Shown here: piece by piece, positions 26,557 to 33,664 of the stretch
Numbering within the stretch: the stretch's first letter is position 1
Layout: every line of letters begins with the position of its first letter
NCBI GenBank assembly: GCA_900088475.1
Contig: FLMG01001748.1
Location: 1 to 33,664, forward strand
DNA from: Hyphochytrium catenoides
Lineage: Eukaryota; Protista; Hyphochytriomycota
Reading direction: 5' to 3'
DNA length: 33,664 nucleotides
The notes under the pieces: generated by a model
Seen by the model: the letters and a program-made list of their open reading frames with translations, nothing else
Databases searched by the model: none
Told to the model about the DNA's origin: nothing
Position numbers and translations under genes: made by a program

Positions 26557-27421
26557 AGAAAGAGAGGTGGGGGATTTGAAGGCGTAAGGTCTTACGCTGG
26601 GCCATAAGAAACATGTGTGACGGAGAATGGGACCCAAGAAAGGTTGACCCATTCCCGGAAGTTGAGTGCAGAGGTTTTGGAACGAAGCAAGAGAGAGAAA
26701 AGAGAGAGAGAGAGAGAGCCCCAGCAACATAAAGGGACACACGCGACAAGCACAAAGACCTAGGATATACGTGAGACAGGAGTTTCGAGAAAGAGAAGCC
26801 TGACGGGTATGGCTTAGAGGAAAGGCGGAAATAGGACCGAGGACACATCCAGAGAGAGAGAGCGAGAGAGAGTGAGAGAGAGAGAAAGAGAGAGCGCAAT
26901 ATGAACACACTCTCCCTCACGCACAAAGACCAAGAAAAGGAGGAAAAGTACGGGGGAGAAGAAGAAGAACCTGGAGAAAGATTGATACAAGAGCGAGCAT
27001 AACAGAAGAAAGACACCGAAAGAGGGAGAGAGGAGATCACCAAGAAAGAGAGACTAAAAACGCGAGAGGGAGAGACAGAAGGAGAGAAAAGAAGAAGAGA
27101 GACAATACCTTTCTGTTTCGCTTGGTTCGCACTGGCTCCACTCTCCAAAAGTTCTGAGAGCTCCATAACCTTCTTTCTCAGTTGCTCATTCTCCTCTTTC
27201 AGAACAGAAGAGACGCCACCTTTCTCTTCCCCGGAGAGAGAGACACTTTCCTCTTCTCTCTTCCTCTTCAGAGCTACCGCCGTGGGGTTCATGGACAGAT
27301 GAAGGACTTTAGTGGTGGCGAGGTTCACCTCTCCTCTTCCCACTCTGGCTTCTAAGGCTGCCACCTGCAGAGAGAGAGATGACCCAAGAAGAGAAAAGAG
27401 AGACAAGCAAGAAGAGAGAGA

Positions 27422-27462
<41 letters not shown>

Positions 27463-30275
27463 AGAGAGAGAGAGACAGAGAGAGAGAGAGAGAAGAGCAG
27501 GAGTGATAGCAAAGAAGAGATAGCCAGTGAGAGAGAAGGGAAGATGGACAGACAACAAGATGATTAAGAGAGAATAAGGAGAGAGAGAGTCCCAGAGAAG
27601 ATGGTTGAAATAGGGAAAAAGAGAGAGAGAGAGAGAGAGGTAGATACACAGGAAACGAAATCTCCTAGTGAGTAGCGTCGGATAGTTAGATAGGCGAGGC
27701 AAGAAGACAATAGCCGAGAAAGAGAGTAACTCCAAAATAAACCGAAAAGAGACGAGAGAGAGCGTAACTGGCACCGCTTGAGCAGCAAAAGGCGGTTGAA
27801 AGCAAAAGAGAGAACAGTGGGAGAGGGAGGGAGGGAAAGAGAGAGAGCAAAAGAGAGAGAGAGAGGAGAGAGAGAGAGGAGAGAGAGAGAGAAAGGAGAA
27901 AGACCGACCTCTCTCTCCAGCTTTTCGATCTCTTTCTCCATCTTCTTTTTCTCCTTAGCATAAGAGTTCACCGCCGCTTCCAGCTCCTGGATCCGCTGCT
28001 GTGCTTTCTCTCCTACGGAGAGAGAAGAGGATGCGTTCTCTCTCTCAAGCTGGCGGATCATCTCTTCTGCCGCCTTGAGACTATTCTGGAGTTGTTCTAT
28101 CCTCTTCGTCGGGTCATGGGCAGCACTGCTCGGGAGAGGAGTAGAGAGAGCCAAAGAGAAAAAAAGAAAGAAAGAAAGAAAGAAAGAAAGAGTGAGAGAA
28201 AGCCAGCGAGCCAGAGAGAGAGCGAGAGAGAAGAAATGGGAAAGGTAAGTAAAAGGAATAGAAAAGGTAGAGAGGAAGAGAGGAACGATTTTCGCTTTTA
28301 CCGCGTAGAGAAAAAGCGAAAGAGGGAGAGGAAGACAGTGGCAACGAGAATCAAAAAGAGAGAGAGAGAAACAGTGAGAGAGAGAAACAGTGAGAGAGAG
28401 ACAGCGCGAGAGAGTAGGAAAGAACCGGGAAGGGAAGAGAGAGAGAGGGACGAGAGAGAGAGGGAAGACACTGACGGGGATGCCTCCGTCTGCAGCTTTG
28501 TTTCAGTCGCGTAGGAGTCTAAGACCTCAGTGATACCACGCTTCTGCTCAAGGAAAAGAGAGCAAATGAAAAGGGGAACAGAAAGAAAGAGGGGAGAGGA
28601 TGTCAGGAAAGAGGAACGGGATGACTGTGCAGACCCAACCACAAAGGGCGGGAACTTTGTCCAAGAATCTTAAAGAGTCCACCAGAGAGAGAGACGGCCA
28701 AGGGAGACATCAACAAGGGAGAAAGGAGAGAAGAGGAGAGAGAAAGACAGAGAAGAGAGACATCGAAGAGAGAGTCTCTCCCACCTCTTGCTCCAGATAC
28801 TGGCACTTTCTATTCGCGATCGTGAGCTTGCCTTGAAAATCTTCCGCCTGCCTCTCTGCTGCCGCTTTCTCTGCTTCCAGGCCAGAAATCCTTTGCTGAA
28901 GGTCAGCCGCCGTGCGCTCGCTTGCTAGAAGTTTGGACTGAGAGCAAGAGGTTAATGAAGAAGAGGATCCGGAGATTCGTCTTTGCCTTCTCTCTCTCTC
29001 TCTCTGTTTCTCCATCTCGCTAGCTCACTCTCGTTCTCTCTGTTATCATTGTGCCTCTTCGCAGTTCTGGCAATCTATTTATGTTCTTCTCTCCCTGTTG
29101 GTGATTCTCTTCTCTAGTTAGTAGTCTTTCTTTCCATCTGGACTGTGCCCGTGCTCTCTTCTATCTCTTGCCTCTTCCCTACCCCAGACTGCAGTTTTCT
29201 CTGTATCATTCGCAATCCCCAACAGGATGAGAAAGGAGAGACAGAGAGGGAGAAAGGAGAGGGAGAGAGAGAGAGAGAACGAGACGAAAAGAGAAGGCGA
29301 AATGCCCACCTTCAGTTCTCCCTCTCTGGCCATCATAACTAGCTGGTATTTCTTCATCTCCTGATACCAAAGAGAGAGAGACGCGGGAGAGGAGAGGAGG
29401 GAGTAGTCCTTCCGAAGTTTTGATGAGGGAGAGAGAAACGTCTCACTCTCTCTCAGGATTTTTCCGAACTCTTCCTGCCAGCTGCAATGGGAAAAACAAG
29501 ACCATCCGTGAGATCGGTATTAAGAGGAAAGAACAGAGAAAGAGAGAATGAGTGAGAGAGAGAAAAAGACGGAAGCTGGGGAATGGGGAAGAGATTGAGA
29601 GGACAGAAGACACTAATTTCACAGCATTACGGAGGAGAAGGGTCAATTGCCAGGGAGAGAGAAGAGAAGAGATGACTGAGAGGCCAACGGAATGAAGATA
29701 ACGCTGCATAACCACAGAGAGATAGAGATAGAGAGGGAGAGAAGACACCATAGAGGCTTCAAATGTGGGTAGTGATCTATCACCTCTCTTTCTCCGTCTC
29801 CTGGTTGGTTGAGGCTGCAAGCTGAAGAAAGAGAATCTCTGCTTCTTTCTCTCTCTTCTCCAGCTGCAGCTTCAGACTTCGGATCGTCTCCTGCAGGATC
29901 TGTAAGGGATGCAAACATACAGAATGTAAACATGCAGATTGCTGCAAAAGGCGGAAGAGATGCCTCCGATCCTGGATCTTACCTCTATATTTGCCACTTT
30001 CTCTTGGAGTTGCTCTCTCTTTCTCTTCTCTCCCAACAGCCGCAGCTCGACTGCTTCCAACTCTTCCCTATGCTTTATACCCTGCGACTCCGGAGAGAGA
30101 GAGGAGCCATGTTCTGCAAGAGAGAGAGAGAGAGAGAGATGAGAGGAGGGTAGAGATCATCGCGGAGAAGGGAAGCGGAAAGACAAGGAATGATGAAGAA
30201 GAAAGAAGAGAGCAACAGAGAGCGATAGATGATTTGCACTCCAGGGGCTTTCGGAATGTTATATTGAAGAATGAG

Positions 30276-30314
<39 letters not shown>

Positions 30315-31365
30315 TGAGGCAGGAGACTGGCAGCATAGGTACGTCAACTACAGAGCGAGTTGTAAACTGAGCAGCAGTGGGAAGACGGCAACAAAGAGAA
30401 AGAGAACTAGGAGTGAGAGCGAAAGAGAGAGAAGAAAGAACGCAGAAAGACCTCTGTGCTGGCCCAATCTCTCCAAAGTTATCCGCGTCGCCGCCAGAGT
30501 CTCTCGCAGTCTTCCGCATTCCTCAGCGTCAGCCGTAAGAGAAATCACCCGCCGCTGCTCAGTAGCTAAACGCTAAATAGGAGAGAGAAAGGAAGAAGAA
30601 AGAGAGAAAGAGAGAGACTTAGTTTGCGAGAGGACTTTATGAAAAGGTGGAGAGAGAGAGACAGGGAAAGAAAGAAAGATAATGGGGGAATACTCTAGAG
30701 GAAGGTCCGGGAAAGGCGGGAGAGGAGAGGGAGACAGCACCCAGGGCAGGTACGAGAAGAGGAAGAGAAAAGAGAACTAACCAGTATGAGATCGATAGAA
30801 GAGAGAAAGAGAGAGAGAGAAAGAGAGACGAAGCAGAAACCGAAGCGCCTCACCTCCATGAGGGACTCCACTTGTTCTTCTAGCGCTTGGATTCTCTCTG
30901 CAGAGTGAGCGTCTGCCAAATGTGAGAGTGACATGAGATAGAGAAGAGACACTAAGGGAAGAGATTAAGAGAAGAGACACAGAAAGAGGAAGACGGGTAG
31001 GACTTATGGCGCAGGAAAAGGAGAAAGAACGGGCGAAAGCGAGAGCGACGGAAGCGGTGACAAAGGAGAGACACGAAGTGAGGAGAAAAGGAAGCTAAAC
31101 AGAGAGGGAGAGAGAGAGAGAGAGAGAGAGAAAAGAAGAAGAAGAAGAACCGCTAGGTATCTTTTACCTATTCCTTTGATAGTTTCTCCTCCATAATCTT
31201 CTTCGTCTCTGTCCGCAAGCTTCTTTGTGAGGTCTCTCACTCTCTCTTCCAGTTTTCCTCTTTCTTCCGCGAACAGCTGCTGCAGCTCTCTCATCTCTCT
31301 TCTCGCTGTCTGCTCCTCCAGTTCCAAGAACCGGGACTAGCGAGACGAGGAAGCGAAGACAGAAA

Positions 31366-31399
<34 letters not shown>

Positions 31400-31906
31400 G
31401 GGGGAGAGAGAGAGAGAGTAACAATGTGGGTTGGACAAGAAGTAAACAGGGAGGAGAGACAGTGAGCGAGATAGGCATAGAAAAGGGAGAGAAGCAGGTG
31501 AGTGGAATAGGAAAAATGTAAGGACAGAAGTGAGGAGTGAGCCACATGGAAGGTGGAAAGTAAGCAGAGAGACAGAGCGAGAGAAGAGAGAGAGAGAGAA
31601 AGAAAGAGAGAGATGAAGAATGATGTTCAAACAAATGAAGACGTTGGCATTAAGGGTAATGGGATCTCTGCAGGGGAGAGGGAAACTAAAGGAAGAGTGT
31701 GAGGAATGGGCGAGGGCGAAAGAGAGGGAGAGAGAGAGAGAGAGACAGAGAGAGAGTCAGTCTTTACATGTCGTTGGAGTTTTTCCGCCTCGCTCTCTGC
31801 ATTCTTCAGTTGTATCTTCAAAGTCCGCATTTCTCTTTCATGCGCCAGAGTTTGCTCCTCCAGCCGAACCTGCAGCCTCTTCGTCTCAAAGCGGTGATCG
31901 TCCACT

Positions 31907-31939
<33 letters not shown>

Positions 31940-32953
31940 GAGAGAGAGGGAGGAAAGAAACGAGAGGGCGGGGAGAGAGAAGAGAGAAACAGAAGAAACA
32001 AAAGTCAGTCGGGAGAAAAGGAAAGGCAGCGACTGTTTCAAAGAGGAAGAGACAGAGATGGCGAGAGAGAGAGAGCGCGATATCTATATATATAGAGAGA
32101 GAGAAGGAGAGAGAGAGAGAGAAGAGGAAGGAGGATGCCCCACGCACGATGAAGAAGGCGAAGACCGCAAACCTTGCCCTGAAAGAAGAATGAAGGGAGA
32201 GAAGAGGACACAACGCGGAAAGCAGGAGAGAGAGAGAGAAAGAGAGAGATGAAGAACTAGCCAGGCATACGTGAGCTTGTCAGGCGCAGTCTCTTCCTAG
32301 GGGAGGCGACATCCACAGTAGACGAAGACGTCTTTCCTTCCTTCAGGGCCTTCTCTAGGCTCTCTCTGAGCTGTCGGTTCTCCTGGCGCAGGCGGTCGTT
32401 CTCTGGACCGATCCGGGAGAGAAAGAGATCAGTCGGGTAGAGAGAAAAAGAGAGAGAGAGAGAGAGACGGCAAATAGACGAAGAGATGGCCAAGTACAAG
32501 AGAAAGAGCTAAAGTTAGACCGAGAAGGAGGGAAAAAAGAGCAATAAAGAGTGACATAACGTTGAGCAAAAGGAGAGCGAGAGACAGAGGGACAGACGGT
32601 ACCTTTCTCTAGCATGAGGGAGTGAGAGCGCATTGTCTCTTGGAACCCGTCCGACCGTAGAAACTTATCGACATCCTCCTTCACCTGCAGCAGCCACAAG
32701 TCATATTTTGTTGCTTTCCTTGCTCTCTCTCTCTCTCTCTCTCTCTTCCTCGCCCTCCACCCCACTCTTTCTCCTTGGTCTCTTCTTCATTTTTGCACTC
32801 TTTTCGCTTGCCTTACGTGCTTTCAAAGACGTTAGCAACCTTTGTGTCTCTCCTTCTCTCTCTTCCTCTCGCCGGCCCCGCTCTCACTTCTCCCTCTTTT
32901 GCTCTCTCTCCTATTTTCGGCGTCTCTCTCTTGTCGTTGAGACTCTTTCTGTG

Positions 32954-32990
<37 letters not shown>

Positions 32991-33600
32991 TTACCTCTCG
33001 GAGGACTTTCACGGAGTCCAAACTCAAAAAGGAGAACTCTTTCTGTCCAGGGCCAGGGCCAAATCGCGTTAAGGCTGGAGTTGCCACATCTAAAGCGAGA
33101 GAAGAGGAGAGAGAAAGACAGAGAAAGAGAGAAAGAAGGGATGTGAAGAGCGAATATAGAGGTAGAGAAAGAGTGAGACGGGGAAAGACAGAAGATGATC
33201 GGATGAAGGAGGCGAGAGAGACAGAAGAGGAGGGAGAGAAGAAGTCAGAAGGACGACAGGCAGTAGCGGAAGATGGGAGCAGAGGATAGTGGAAGAAAGA
33301 GAGAGAGAGAGAGAGGGAGAAAGAATTGTAGGGAGAAAGTGAATTGTAGGGAGAAAGAATCTCTAAATGAAAGGACGGCTGTGGGGACGTGCCGCTTGCC
33401 TTTGCCTCACTTCAACATTCTCTCTCTTCCTCCCTCTTCTCTCGTTGCAGAGTACCTTCTTTTCAATGCTGCCTTACTCTCCATGTCGCTCTCTCTTTCT
33501 CTCTCTCTCTTTTCTCTCTCTCTCTCTCACTTCCTCTCTCTCTTCACATCCCGTTCTTACCTCCAGGCGTCATCCCATTCCTCTCCGCCACTCGGGGCAT
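26177..33600 (-). CDS. MAD1: Spindle assembly checkpoint protein MAD1. Exons 33600(or 33646)-33561, 33089-32995, 32684-32603, 32402-32271, 31904-31768, 31336-31168, 30912-30854, 30572-30452, 30113-29983, 29890-29784, 29481-29310, 28937-28785, 28543-28476, 28125-27909, 27364-27109, 26466-gap (C-terminus lost in the N-gap)
   Basis: Long coiled-coil exons join in phase. The Mad2-interacting motif GEVNLATTKVLHLSMNP, the RLK motif YQRLKEVFKEKIRAFREAVYLLTGFKV and the C-terminal domain segment QLRLRSMYAEREDDFLLF are present. The start is tentative because an upstream acceptor at 33647 suggests a further 5' exon outside the window. Confidence 0.9.
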
Positions 33601-33664
33601 CAGTCCTCCTCTTCCTAAAGGGAGCTGGCTGTGCGGCGGTCCAGACCTGAGAGACAGAGAAGGC

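Larger units (their letters stand above)
19300..33664. repeat. Dense (AG)n/(CT)n microsatellite domain, including (CTGT)n at ~20327-20351 and (GT)n at ~31366-31378
   Basis: Directly visible dinucleotide runs fill most MAD1 introns and the intergenic DNA. Confidence 0.95.

Noticed and set aside
25745-27649. 634-aa ORF as a single novel membrane protein
   Set aside because: It is MAD1 exons fused through stop-free (CT)n introns and an N-gap.
33323-33357. Tandem duplication of GAATTGTAGGGAGAAAG
   Set aside because: A two-copy local slippage duplication inside an intron, not a spacer-containing array.

Overview
Eukaryotic (probably stramenopile-like protist; inference) gene-dense draft-assembly window, saturated with (AG)n/(CT)n microsatellites and containing three N-gaps. 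Nearly all supplied ORFs are microsatellite artefacts (LSLS/ERER). Manual splicing with phase checks gives seven multi-exon genes: HDHD3/REG-2-like HAD hydrolase (+, 787-2459), TRAPP subunit BET3/TRAPPC3 (-, 2547-5329), FAN/NSMAF-like PH/GRAM-BEACH-WD40 protein (+, 6008-11004), an unrecognised >=6-exon orphan gene in a microsatellite-poor island (-, 11158-~13181, 5' end unresolved), gamma-tubulin complex component GCP3/Spc98 (+, 13956-20771), an EF-hand protein (-, 21152-23450) and spindle checkpoint protein MAD1 (-, ~26177-33600). No prokaryotic systems, transposase/RT genes, tRNAs or CRISPR arrays were seen. Most interesting: introns with complementary (AG)n and (CT)n tracts at opposite ends (possible structure-assisted splicing) together with relaxed splice signals, stop-free 3n introns, the orphan gene (possibly with ApaG-like domains), and an unexplained 23.6-26.1 kb interval with exon-like islands on both strands.
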